Source: Microthrixaceae bacterium
Lineage (GTDB): Bacteria; Actinomycetota; Acidimicrobiia; Acidimicrobiales; Microtrichaceae
Reading direction: 5' to 3'
DNA: 41,245 nt
Assembly: GCA_049672765.1 (NCBI GenBank)
Contig: JBATWQ010000117.1
Span: forward strand, 1 to 41,245
Below are positions 11,360 to 20,370 of the stretch, piece after piece; within the stretch, counting starts at the first letter, position 1; the number at the start of each line of letters is the position of its first letter. The notes under the pieces were generated by a model. That model ran no database searches, was not told where the DNA came from, and worked only from the letters and a program-made list of their open reading frames with translations. A program made the translations under genes and the position numbers.

Positions 11360-13803
11360 TGTGCCATCACCCCGGCCGTAGCCATTCCCGAGCCAGACTC
11401 CCGGCGGGACGGGACGTTGCCGTTCGACCCGGCGGCAGAGCGCGATTCGGCACCCGGAGGGAGCATCTCCTCGTCGATGCCAAAGACCCTGGCGGCTTCG
11501 AGCGCCTGCGGACGGCCGATCGGGTCGGCGATCCCAATGAAATCGGGCGACAAGTTGGCGGCCTGCACAACCGCAGTTTCACTCTCCGGCTTGGCCGGGT
11601 CGAACCCGAGGAGCCCCGCCGACACCCGGGACAAAAGGATCAGCAATGCAAGCATCGCCAACACCCGCAGCCCGTTGGACTCGGTAATGGTTCCCCACGG
11701 AATTACTGCGGCTACAACTACACCGCCCACGAGCCAGACGGCGGAGGCGACGCGGCGTCGGGTCTCGAGCCCGGTAGTGATGAGGGCTGGTAGAACCGGA
11801 ACCAGGGTGAACGCCAGAGCGAGTCCGGCTGTTACGAACGACCAATTGCCGATCACTTCGGCGCGGGCTGCTAGCCACAGGACGACAGCTGCGATCGTGG
11901 TGATCACCAGCGAGACCGGGGACCTGCCGACCTCGCGAAAGCCCACGGAGAGCTGGGGCGCTGCCCCCTCCGGCTCACGGCCGAGACTCAGGCCCATGAG
12001 TGCAGGTGCGAATGACAGGACGTCGGTCACCTGCACCGAGACGAAAGTGAACACTCCGACCGCGTTCGTCGCGAACACCGTCGCGCCGATCGGTGCAGCG
12101 CCCAGTAGTAGGCCACCGATGAACGCGCCCACGACGGTGCCGATACCTCCGACGACGGCCAACATAGTCACCGACAGCGACGACGGGAGCACGAGAGACT
12201 CGGCGACGAAAGTGCGCCCCGAAACCGCTCCGGCGGTACCGGCTATCGCCGCCGATAGGGCAAAAACCCCGACCTTGGCGGAAGTCAGGTTCAACCCGAG
12301 CGTGGCGCAGGCAACCGGTGAGTCCTTCATGGCCGTAAGGCGCCGACCCCACGAGCTTCGCCTGAGCGCAACCAGCAAGTTGCCGATGACTGCGAACACG
12401 ACGCTCAGCAACACCAGCTGACGGAAGTCGGTATTTACGCTGAGCGGTCCGATCTTCAGCTGCGGGACCGGCAGGTTGGCGCCCGGCATGACTTTGGTCT
12501 GGTTGAAGACCATTGCCGAACAAAACATCGCGAAGGCGGCGGTTGCGAGGGCAAGGTAGATCCCCGACAGACGCAGGGCCGGGAATGCCACCAGAGCGCC
12601 GATGACTGCGCAGACCACGATCGAAATGACCACACCCACCAGCGAGCCGTTGGCTCCCCAGGTGACCATCGCTACCCCACCGAGCCCCGTGAAGGTGATC
12701 TGCGCCAGGGAAATCTGACCGGCAAACCCCGTAAGGGGAACGAGCGACAGCGTCACGACCGTCATGAAGAAGCCTGTCGTCAACAGGTTCAGATCAGCAG
12801 GAGCAATAAGCGATCCGATGGCGGCCATTGCGAATACCAGTGCCACTCCCCCGATGACTGCGGTCTGCTGGGAAACCGCCGGAGCCGAAACGCTGCGGCG
12901 CGCCATCCCATGGGCCCGGAGTCGACTCTGGGGCTGCAGGACAATCACGACGAACAACATGATTCCTGGGATGGCATCAGGGAAGTTGCTGAGACTGATC
13001 GAACCGATCGCGGCGTCACTCGGGATGTATCCGATCGCGTATGCCTGCGAGAGACCGAGAATGATCGCCCCCAGGAACGCGCCGGGCAGGCTCCTCAGGC
13101 GGCCCACAACCGCTACCGCGTAGGCGTTCATGAACGTCAGGGTCAACCCGGTCGAGCTGAGCGATTGTTCGGAGGCGATCAATACACCGGCGACCGCCGC
13201 CATGGCCGCGCCGAGACCCCACGACAGCATCGAGGTTCTGCCGGGTCGGCCGCCGTTCAGTTGCAGCAGCGAGCGGTCATCGACCACCGCCCGCATTGCG
13301 ATGCCGAGCCGGGTGCCCTTGAACACCAGCCTGAGGAGTAGTGCCACAACCAGCGCGATTCCGAGCGATAGAAGCCGCTGGTAGGGCACCACCACACCGA
13401 ACAACGTGACCGTTCCGCCGGGAAAGAAGCTCGGCACCCTTCTGGAGACACTCGCCGGCCAGATGACATTGGCGAGCGCCATGAGACCCAGCATGAGGCT
13501 GATCGTGACCACGACCTTGACCACGTCTCCGGTGCTCTCGATCGCCCTCATCAGTACCCGTTCGACCACCGCCCCGAACAGAGGAGCGATCACGAATATC
13601 ACCAGCAGTGCGGCAGGGACCAGCGGTATTCCCCATCCGTCGTGGACCTGCCAGAGCATGAAGGCAGCCATCATCGAGAAGGCGCCGTGGGCGAAGTTGA
13701 AGATCCCCGAAGTGGTGTATGTGACGACCAGACCCGACGCCGCGATCGCATAGATGGCGGCAGTCGAAAGTCCTGCGATCGTGAAAATTAGGAACTTGTC
13801 CAC
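11356..13803 (-). CDS. Fused LivH-LivM-type ABC permease with extra C-terminal TM helices and a cytoplasmic tail
   Basis: 815 aa. The N-terminus MDKFLIFTIAGLSTAAIYAIAASGLVVTYTTSGIFNFAHGA is LivH-like. A second permease-like module follows, then about 4 additional TM helices and a polar tail. GTG start. Confidence 0.8.
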   Translation of the reverse strand: MDKFLIFTIAGLSTAAIYAIAASGLVVTYTTSGIFNFAHGAFSMMAAFMLWQVHDGWGIPLVPAALLVIFVIAPLFGAVVERVLMRAIESTGDVVKVVVTISLMLGLMALANVIWPASVSRRVPSFFPGGTVTLFGVVVPYQRLLSLGIALVVALLLRLVFKGTRLGIAMRAVVDDRSLLQLNGGRPGRTSMLSWGLGAAMAAVAGVLIASEQSLSSTGLTLTFMNAYAVAVVGRLRSLPGAFLGAIILGLSQAYAIGYIPSDAAIGSISLSNFPDAIPGIMLFVVIVLQPQSRLRAHGMARRSVSAPAVSQQTAVIGGVALVFAMAAIGSLIAPADLNLLTTGFFMTVVTLSLVPLTGFAGQISLAQITFTGLGGVAMVTWGANGSLVGVVISIVVCAVIGALVAFPALRLSGIYLALATAAFAMFCSAMVFNQTKVMPGANLPVPQLKIGPLSVNTDFRQLVLLSVVFAVIGNLLVALRRSSWGRRLTAMKDSPVACATLGLNLTSAKVGVFALSAAIAGTAGAVSGRTFVAESLVLPSSLSVTMLAVVGGIGTVVGAFIGGLLLGAAPIGATVFATNAVGVFTFVSVQVTDVLSFAPALMGLSLGREPEGAAPQLSVGFREVGRSPVSLVITTIAAVVLWLAARAEVIGNWSFVTAGLALAFTLVPVLPALITTGLETRRRVASAVWLVGGVVVAAVIPWGTITESNGLRVLAMLALLILLSRVSAGLLGFDPAKPESETAVVQAANLSPDFIGIADPIGRPQALEAARVFGIDEEMLPPGAESRSAAGSNGNVPSRRESGSGMATAGVMAQ

Positions 13804-14058
13804 TTGTTCTCGTCGGTTTCTGTTTCGGGGACAGATTCAGTCCTTCTCACGGGTGCAGGCACCCGCCGACGGGTGAATGTGAGCAGCAAGGACCGATGAC
13901 AGTAGCGATCCGTCGACACTCACGAACCATCGTCACTCAAGAGATCTGATGACCCGTCAGGTGGTGTGTTCTATCACGTCCGGAAGGCCTCGTGACGCCC
14001 GACACCGGATTGGACCCGGTGACCAGATGCGAGCCGTCTCGATGGACGGCCACCATTT

Positions 14059-14073
14059 CTGACACAGTGTCAG
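14059..14073. promoter_or_regulatory. Perfect 15-bp palindrome CTGACAC-A-GTGTCAG in a divergent intergenic region (operator candidate)
   Basis: Read directly from the sequence. A related GTGTGACAG lies at 14093-14101. The palindrome is about 127-141 bp upstream of the amidohydrolase ATG. Confidence 0.3.
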
Positions 14074-14199
14074 GTCTCGCGCACGATACGCCGTGTGACA
14101 GGTATTCCGGCAGGTTCGTGGGATGCCGAACACGGGATGGACGATACTCACAGCTGAATAGCGGCCGCAGATGTCGGCTTGGACCCACGGGGGAATCTC

Positions 14200-15930
14200 A
14201 TGGACCTGATCATTCGCAATGCGACGATCGTTGACGGCACCGGCAATCCGGGCCGCCGGGGCGACGTCGGCGTGACCGACGGAGTCATCGAGGCCATCAG
14301 CGAGCCGGGAGCGTCACTCGACGCTTCTGCGGATCGAGAGATTGACGCAGAGGGTCTTGTCATAACCCCAGGTTTCGTCGACCCCCACACCCACTACGAC
14401 GCCCAGCTCCTCTGGGACCCGAGTGGCTCGCCCTCGAATGTCCACGGTGTGACGACCGTTATCGCCGGAAACTGCGGCTTCACGCTGGCGCCCATAAAGC
14501 CCGAGGATGCCGACTACACCCGTCGGATGATGGCCAAGGTCGAGGGTATGCCGCTCTTGGCGCTCGAGACCGGCGTCGACTGGAACTGGGGCAGCTTCGA
14601 GGAGTATCTGGCGCGGCTCGACGGCAACTTGGGGCTGAACGCAGGATTCCTCGTGGGTCACTGCGCAATCCGCCGCAATGTCATGGGCACTGAGGCGGTT
14701 GAGGGTGAGGCGTCGAGCGAGCAGCTCGAAGCGATGAAGTCCGTTCTCGCCAGCTCGCTCAAGGCCGGCGGCCTGGGCCTTTCAACCACTCGGGCAAGGA
14801 CCCACTCCGACGGCGACGGAAAGCCGGTGGCCTCACGCTGGGCCTCCGAGGACGAGCTGGTGGCACTGGCGGAGGTCGTCTCGGAGCACGAGGGCACAAC
14901 CCTCGAGTTCGCATCCGACGGTTGTCTGGACGGTTTCGACGACGCCGAGGTCGATTTCATGATCCGCTTCTCGAAGGCCGGTAACCGGCCACTGAACTGG
15001 AACGTGCTGACGATCGACTCGCACGCGCCCGAGCGCTATCGGAACCAGCTCGCCGCCATGGACCGCTGCGCCGAAGCCGGCGCCAAGGTCGTGGCGTTGA
15101 CCATGCCGGTGATCGTCGGCATGAACATGAGCTTCCTCACTTATTGCGCCCTCAACATGATGCCCGACTGGGGTCCGATCCTCGGCCTTCCCGTCGCAGA
15201 TCGGATCGAGCGCCTGAAGGACCCCGAGACGCGTCGTTTCATGGAGGACCGCGCAGCATCCCCCGATGCCGGCGTGTTCGCACGACTCACCGGCTGGGAC
15301 ACCTACGTCATCGGCGACACTTTCTCCGATGAGAACCATGCGCTGCGGGGACGTCGTGTCGGCGAAATCGCGGCGGAGCGGGGCGCGGGCGCCTTCGACA
15401 CTCTGCTCGACATAGTGATCGCCGACGATCTGCGCACTGTGCTGTGGCCGGGTGCGACCGATTCGGATCCAGAGTCGTGGGAACTGCGCCGACAGGCGTG
15501 GACGCACCCATCGGTCATGCTGGGCGGCTCCGACGCAGGTGCGCACCTCGACCGTATGCAGGGGGCCAACTACCCCACGCGCTTCCTGGCCGACTGCATC
15601 CGTGGACGGAAGCTGACGACGATCGAGGACGCGGTCCACATGCTGACCCAGGTCCCGGCAGAACTCTTCGGCCTGAAGGACCGCGGTGTCATCAAGGTCG
15701 GATCACACGCCGACCTGGTTGTCTTCGATCCAGAGAAGATCGAATCCGAGGTCCTGTCCATGGTTGATGACCTTCCGGGACAGACCAGCCGGCTGTTCGC
15801 GGGTTCGGTCGGACTGAATCACGTCTTCGTGTCGGGTGTCGAAGTGGTCGCCGACAGCGCACCGACGGGAGCCCGTCCAGGGTCAGTCATTCGCTCCGGA
15901 GTCGATACCTACACGGTCGCCAACGCCTGA
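14200..15930 (+). CDS. Amidohydrolase, N-acyl-D-amino-acid deacylase (D-aminoacylase) family
   Basis: I trimmed the track ORF to the ATG at 14200 (MDLIIRNATIVDGTGNPGRRGDVGVTDGVIEAI). It has the metal-binding PGFVDPHTHYD motif and the HGVTTVIAGNCG motif typical of this family. Confidence 0.85.
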   Translation: MDLIIRNATIVDGTGNPGRRGDVGVTDGVIEAISEPGASLDASADREIDAEGLVITPGFVDPHTHYDAQLLWDPSGSPSNVHGVTTVIAGNCGFTLAPIKPEDADYTRRMMAKVEGMPLLALETGVDWNWGSFEEYLARLDGNLGLNAGFLVGHCAIRRNVMGTEAVEGEASSEQLEAMKSVLASSLKAGGLGLSTTRARTHSDGDGKPVASRWASEDELVALAEVVSEHEGTTLEFASDGCLDGFDDAEVDFMIRFSKAGNRPLNWNVLTIDSHAPERYRNQLAAMDRCAEAGAKVVALTMPVIVGMNMSFLTYCALNMMPDWGPILGLPVADRIERLKDPETRRFMEDRAASPDAGVFARLTGWDTYVIGDTFSDENHALRGRRVGEIAAERGAGAFDTLLDIVIADDLRTVLWPGATDSDPESWELRRQAWTHPSVMLGGSDAGAHLDRMQGANYPTRFLADCIRGRKLTTIEDAVHMLTQVPAELFGLKDRGVIKVGSHADLVVFDPEKIESEVLSMVDDLPGQTSRLFAGSVGLNHVFVSGVEVVADSAPTGARPGSVIRSGVDTYTVANA

Positions 15931-17166
15931 TCCGAGGTTCTCAACCTCGGGGTCGGTTGACCCGGAGGTTCCCGCCCCGGGGCCGGTCTGCCCATCGGGC
16001 GCCGGCCCTGGATGCCCGGTCTTGGCGCCGCCCCCACCGCGGTCCGCCTTGTCATCGTCATTGAACGATGCGTAGCTACGGCCGAGTCGCGGGCCGAACA
16101 AGGTGAACAGCATCAGGGCGAACGCCAACAACCCGATCGGGACGATTCCGTTGCCACGACTCGTGAAGGCGGGGATCAGGACGAAACTCGATAGCAGACC
16201 GGTCCAGGCCCACAGGATCACGACAGTCCGCCTGTGACCGTGACCCAGGTGCATGAGACGGTGATGAAGGTGTTGCTTGTCCGCGGTCGCAACTCCCTGA
16301 CGGGTGCTTGCGCGCCTGATAACGGCAAAGACCAGGTCGAACATCGGAACGCCCAGAATCACCAGCGGAATCACGAGCGGCGCGAAGAAGAACCAGGACT
16401 GACCCGAGAACGGGTCGTCGGACTGTCCACCGACAGCGATTGTTGACGACGCCAGCAGTAGTCCCAGGAGCAAGGCACCCGAATCGCCCATGAAGATTCC
16501 GGCCGGATTGAAGTTGGAGGGCAGAAAACCGAGGCAGGCTCCAGCCGTGACGATCGCGACCAGGGGTCCGACGTTAGAAGGATCGAGCACGCCGACATCC
16601 AGTAGGCGCCAGCCGTAGAGAAAGAACGACCCCGACGCGATGGCCACGATGCCTGCCGCCAGGCCGTCGAGACCATCGATCAGGTTGACCGCGTTGGCCA
16701 TGCCGACCACCCAGAGAACAGTGACGAGCGCGGACATGTCCGGCGGAAGGACGGTGAATCCGACGAAGGGCACCCGGAAATAGATGATCGTCAACCCCAC
16801 CAAGGTCAGGATCGACCCAGAAAGAACCATCCCGGCCAGCTTCGCGGGGGCCGAGACATCCCTGATGTCATCGATCAGTCCGGTCGCCCAGATGACAGTT
16901 GCGGCGGCGACGATTCCGAGGAGGTTGTTCGGCGCCTCAAATACCGCCTCGAAGTGGGGAAGCCGTGATGCGACGGCCAGCCCAGCAAGCAGTCCGAGAA
17001 ACAGAGCCGTGCCGCCCAGCACCGGCGTTGGAGTCGCGTGGACGGTTCGATCACCCGGCTGGGCAAGGGCACCCATCTTCACCGACAGAATCCGAAGTGG
17101 TGGAACTGTCGCCGCCGTCACGGCCACGGCAACGAGCATCACTACCGCGTAGGAGAGAACGTCCAC
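15883..17166 (-). CDS. wecA: Polyprenyl-phosphate N-acetylhexosamine-1-phosphate transferase (WecA/Rfe, MraY-like GT4 family)
   Basis: 427 aa polytopic protein with motifs NAVNLIDGLDGLA and GDSGALLLG. GTG start. The G/P/D-rich C-terminal tail overlaps the convergent amidohydrolase 3' end by 48 bp. It occupies the rfe position upstream of atp in actinobacterial synteny. Confidence 0.88.
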   Translation of the reverse strand: MDVLSYAVVMLVAVAVTAATVPPLRILSVKMGALAQPGDRTVHATPTPVLGGTALFLGLLAGLAVASRLPHFEAVFEAPNNLLGIVAAATVIWATGLIDDIRDVSAPAKLAGMVLSGSILTLVGLTIIYFRVPFVGFTVLPPDMSALVTVLWVVGMANAVNLIDGLDGLAAGIVAIASGSFFLYGWRLLDVGVLDPSNVGPLVAIVTAGACLGFLPSNFNPAGIFMGDSGALLLGLLLASSTIAVGGQSDDPFSGQSWFFFAPLVIPLVILGVPMFDLVFAVIRRASTRQGVATADKQHLHHRLMHLGHGHRRTVVILWAWTGLLSSFVLIPAFTSRGNGIVPIGLLAFALMLFTLFGPRLGRSYASFNDDDKADRGGGGAKTGHPGPAPDGQTGPGAGTSGSTDPEVENLGSGVGDRVGIDSGAND

Positions 17167-17213
17167 GGATTCAGGCTACTCGTGGGTCCGAGACCCAAGG
17201 AATCCTCGTGGAC
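17161..17213 (-). promoter_or_regulatory. Nested hairpin that includes the wecA start codon
   Basis: The outer stem pairs 17161-17172 with 17200-17213 (12 bp with a 2-nt bulge). The inner stem is TGGGTC-CGA-GACCCA (17183-17197). The GTG start (17166-17164) lies inside the outer stem. Confidence 0.4.
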
Positions 17214-17270
17214 AAAGCCGTTTGTCACCCCCTCCCTCTAGACTTTTACTTAATGAAGTTCTACTTCTGG

Positions 17271-17279
17271 TGCTATAAA
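17271..17279 (+). promoter_or_regulatory. Candidate extended -10 element (TGcTATAAA) for the sugar transferase gene
   Basis: It lies in the only strongly AT-rich patch (about 17237-17290) of the 210-bp divergent wecA/sugar-transferase spacer, about 100 nt upstream of the ATG at 17377. Confidence 0.3.
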
Positions 17280-17376
17280 CCAGAGAGGGAAGAAGCGCAT
17301 CAGAGAAATCATCTGGTGCAACCGGCAGATCTGAGACTGGGTCTGGGTCAGTTCTGCCACCGAAGGATGGAGTGAT

Positions 17377-18990
17377 ATGGGCAGGGAGCAGCTTTTGGCG
17401 CCCTCGAGTTCGACCCTCGCGTCGAAACCGAATGCGGCTACGGCTCCAAGCGCGGGTCCTGTCGGACTCAGGTCGGCCGACGGCTCGCTCACGGAGCAGA
17501 GTCTTGCGAAACTAGATCACGAGCCCACCCGCGTGATTGACGACCTCTCCGAACCCACGGAGAACTCCTTCGTAACCAGAGCAGCAAGCTTCAAGGCGAC
17601 GATGATCATCGCCGATGGGCTTGCTGCCATCGCCGGGATCCTCGCGGCAATCGGCTTCGGGAGCGGGTTGAGCCTCCTGAGCACCCAGCAGAAGTACACC
17701 TTCGTCGTACTCTCACTGGTCGTCTGGCCGGTCGCGTTTGCCCAGCAGGGCCTCTACCACGCCCGCCACCTGAGCCGAAGAGCCGAAGAGATGCGCCGCC
17801 TGGTCAACGCCGTCGTGGCCGGGACCATCGCTATGGCCGGACTCTCCGTCATCGTCCGAGTCGACCTCTCACGTGAATGGATGATGCTTTTCGGGGCCGC
17901 CGTCCTGACGTCGGTGGGATTGGTCCGAGAGACATTCCGCCAGATCGTCAAGCGCAGGCGGGAAACCGGCAAAATGACCCGACGGGTGATTTTGGTGGGG
18001 AGCAACGAAGAGGCCGAAGAAATCAACGTCATGCTGACCACCAGCGCGGAATTAGGATACAAGGTCGTCGGTCGCGTCACCGACAAGCCCGAGGATATGG
18101 ATCCTCCAGACCCCGAGTTGGAGTCGGAGCAGGACTCACAACTTCCTCGATACCTCGGTCACACCGACGACATCTTGGAGATCGTGCGATCTACCCGATC
18201 GAGCGGCGTAATCGTGGCAACAACCGATATCGACCTGGATGCGGCCAACCGCCTCGTTCGGGTGCTCACCAGCGAGGGTGTTTATGTCGAGCTGACCTCG
18301 GCGATGCGTGACATTGCAGCTCGGAGGGTGACGATCAGGCCGCTGGGTCGATATCCAGTCATGTCCGTCGAGCCGGTCAATCGCAACGGCTGGCGCGCGC
18401 TGTTCAAGCGTGGCTTCGACGTCGCCATCTCGACCCTGTTGTTGATTCTCGCCTCGCCAATTCTTCTGGTATCGACCGTGGCGATTCGACTCACGTCCGG
18501 GCCGAACGTCCTGTTTCGACAGACCCGTGTCGGCAGGAACGGCAGTCCGTTCACGGTGTTCAAGCTTCGCACCATGGTCAACAATGCCGAGGACCTCCTT
18601 CCCGACCTGATCGACCAGAACGAGGCCGCGGGCCCAATGTTCAAGATGTCCGACGATCCTCGTGTCACGAAGGTCGGCAGGTTCCTCCGTCGGACCTCGA
18701 TTGATGAACTTCCACAGTTGATCAATGTGCTCAAGGGCGACATGAGCCTGGTCGGGCCACGCCCGGCGCTACCCCATGAGGCCCTCCAGTGGAACGACGA
18801 CCTTCGTGAGCGTCTCCGTGTCCAGCCCGGAATCACAGGCAACTGGCAGGTCAACGGCAGGTTCACCGCTTCGATGGAGGACTACCAGCGCCTCGATCTG
18901 TTCTACGTCGACAACTGGTCTGTGGTTACCGACCTGGTCATCATGGTTAAGACAATCCCAGCCATCCTGAAGCGCAACGGCGCAGCCTGA
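17377..18990 (+). CDS. Polyprenyl glycosylphosphotransferase (WbaP/CpsE-type bacterial sugar transferase)
   Basis: 537 aa. N-terminal TM helices, a central Rossmann-like segment (RRVILVGSNEEAEE) and a C-terminal sugar-transferase domain (LFRQTRVGRNGSPFTVFKLRTM...DELPQLINVLKGDMSLVGPRP). A GGATGGAG SD precedes the ATG. Confidence 0.88.
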   Translation: MGREQLLAPSSSTLASKPNAATAPSAGPVGLRSADGSLTEQSLAKLDHEPTRVIDDLSEPTENSFVTRAASFKATMIIADGLAAIAGILAAIGFGSGLSLLSTQQKYTFVVLSLVVWPVAFAQQGLYHARHLSRRAEEMRRLVNAVVAGTIAMAGLSVIVRVDLSREWMMLFGAAVLTSVGLVRETFRQIVKRRRETGKMTRRVILVGSNEEAEEINVMLTTSAELGYKVVGRVTDKPEDMDPPDPELESEQDSQLPRYLGHTDDILEIVRSTRSSGVIVATTDIDLDAANRLVRVLTSEGVYVELTSAMRDIAARRVTIRPLGRYPVMSVEPVNRNGWRALFKRGFDVAISTLLLILASPILLVSTVAIRLTSGPNVLFRQTRVGRNGSPFTVFKLRTMVNNAEDLLPDLIDQNEAAGPMFKMSDDPRVTKVGRFLRRTSIDELPQLINVLKGDMSLVGPRPALPHEALQWNDDLRERLRVQPGITGNWQVNGRFTASMEDYQRLDLFYVDNWSVVTDLVIMVKTIPAILKRNGAA

Positions 18991-19080
18991 ACCTGAAGTT
19001 TTGCCCCGAGCATCAGTTCGGAGTTTCCACTCGGCCCCAAGTTTCAACCGGAGGCCCCAGGTTTCGGTTGCAGCCTTGGC

Positions 19081-20322
19081 TCAGGGGTAGGGGGTAAACG
19101 CTGCGCAGAGCTCCGCCACCTCGGAGCGGACCGAAGTGGCCACCCCTTCGTCCTCCGGCGAACGGAGAACCCGGGTGATCAGCTCAGCGATCTGACCCAT
19201 CTGGGGCTCGGTCATGCCCTGGGTCGTCACCGACGGAGTACCGATGCGGAGCCCCGAGGTGACGAACGGCGAACGCGGGTCGTCGGGAACAGTGTTCTTG
19301 TTGAGCGTGATACCTGCACGGTCCAACGCGTTCTGGGCATCCTTACCCGTCAGGTCCTCATCGAAGGTACGCAGGTCGATGAGCATCAAATGGTTGTCGG
19401 TACCACCCGAGACGAGTCGAAATCCGTTCTCGGCCAGGCCCTTCGCGAGAGCTCGCGAGTTGGCGACGATCTGGTGTGCGTAGGAGGAGAAGCTGGCGTC
19501 GGCCGCCTCGCGGAACGCCACCGCCTTGCCCGCGATGACATGCTCGAGCGGACCGCCCTGAAGGCCCGGGAAGATCGCCTTGTTGATCTTGGCCGCGTAC
19601 TCGTCCTTCGAAACGATGCAGCCACCCCTCGGCCCTCGGAGCGTCTTGTGTGTAGTGAACGTAACGATGTCGGCAAGGGGTACCGGGTTGGGGTGTGCCC
19701 CACCCGCCACGAGTCCGGCAATATGCGCGGCGTCGAACATGAAGAGCGCGCCGACCTCGTCGCAGATCTGCCGGAGCGGCTCGGGGTCGATGACGCGGGG
19801 GTAGGCCGTTGCACCCGCGACGATCATCTTGGGACGGTGCTTGTGGGCCAGGTCCCTTATCTGGTCAAAGTCGAGCCTTTCGTCGCTCGGGGTCACCGAG
19901 TATGAAACGAAGTTGTAGAAGCGTCCCGAGATGTTGACCGGTGAACCGTGGGTCAGGTGACCGCCGTGGTCAAGGCTGAGCCCGAGGACGGTGTCACCGG
20001 CTTCGAGCAACGCCAGATAGACGCCGAGGTTGGCATTGGCGCCCGAGTGCGGCTGCACGTTGGCGGCTTCGGCTCCGAAGAGCGCCTTCACCCGTTCGAT
20101 CGCCAGTGACTCGATCTCGTCCACCACGAGATTTCCGCCGTAGTACCGCTTTCCGGGGTAGCCCTCGGAGTACTTGTTGGTCAGCGCCGAACCTACGGCT
20201 TCCATCACTGCCGGAGATGTGAAGTTCTCGGATGCGATCAGCTGAATCGTCGTGTTCTGGCGCTCGACTTCTCGGTCTATGGCCGAGAAAAGTTCTGTGT
20301 CGCGGTCAGTCATCCAGGGCAT
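19081..20322 (-). CDS. glyA: Serine hydroxymethyltransferase
   Basis: 413 aa with ...IQLIASENF..., and the PLP-lysine motif [12 protein letters not shown]. Confidence 0.96.
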   Translation of the reverse strand: MPWMTDRDTELFSAIDREVERQNTTIQLIASENFTSPAVMEAVGSALTNKYSEGYPGKRYYGGNLVVDEIESLAIERVKALFGAEAANVQPHSGANANLGVYLALLEAGDTVLGLSLDHGGHLTHGSPVNISGRFYNFVSYSVTPSDERLDFDQIRDLAHKHRPKMIVAGATAYPRVIDPEPLRQICDEVGALFMFDAAHIAGLVAGGAHPNPVPLADIVTFTTHKTLRGPRGGCIVSKDEYAAKINKAIFPGLQGGPLEHVIAGKAVAFREAADASFSSYAHQIVANSRALAKGLAENGFRLVSGGTDNHLMLIDLRTFDEDLTGKDAQNALDRAGITLNKNTVPDDPRSPFVTSGLRIGTPSVTTQGMTEPQMGQIAELITRVLRSPEDEGVATSVRSEVAELCAAFTPYP

Positions 20323-20370
20323 GTACTCGTCACTTTCTGAGCAGTATCAGTATCGGTAGCAGTATCGGAA

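Noticed and set aside
13937-14234. 83-aa and 80-aa ORFs in the liv/amidohydrolase spacer
   Set aside because: They have no SD and no recognisable motif, the composition is Arg/Ser/Pro/His-rich, and they overlap one another on opposite strands. I treat the region as non-coding.
20323-20370. Possible riboswitch (ZTP/THF/glycine type) upstream of glyA
   Set aside because: The rpiB-glyA gap is only 48 nt and consists of short CAGTATC-like repeats. It is too short for any of those aptamers.
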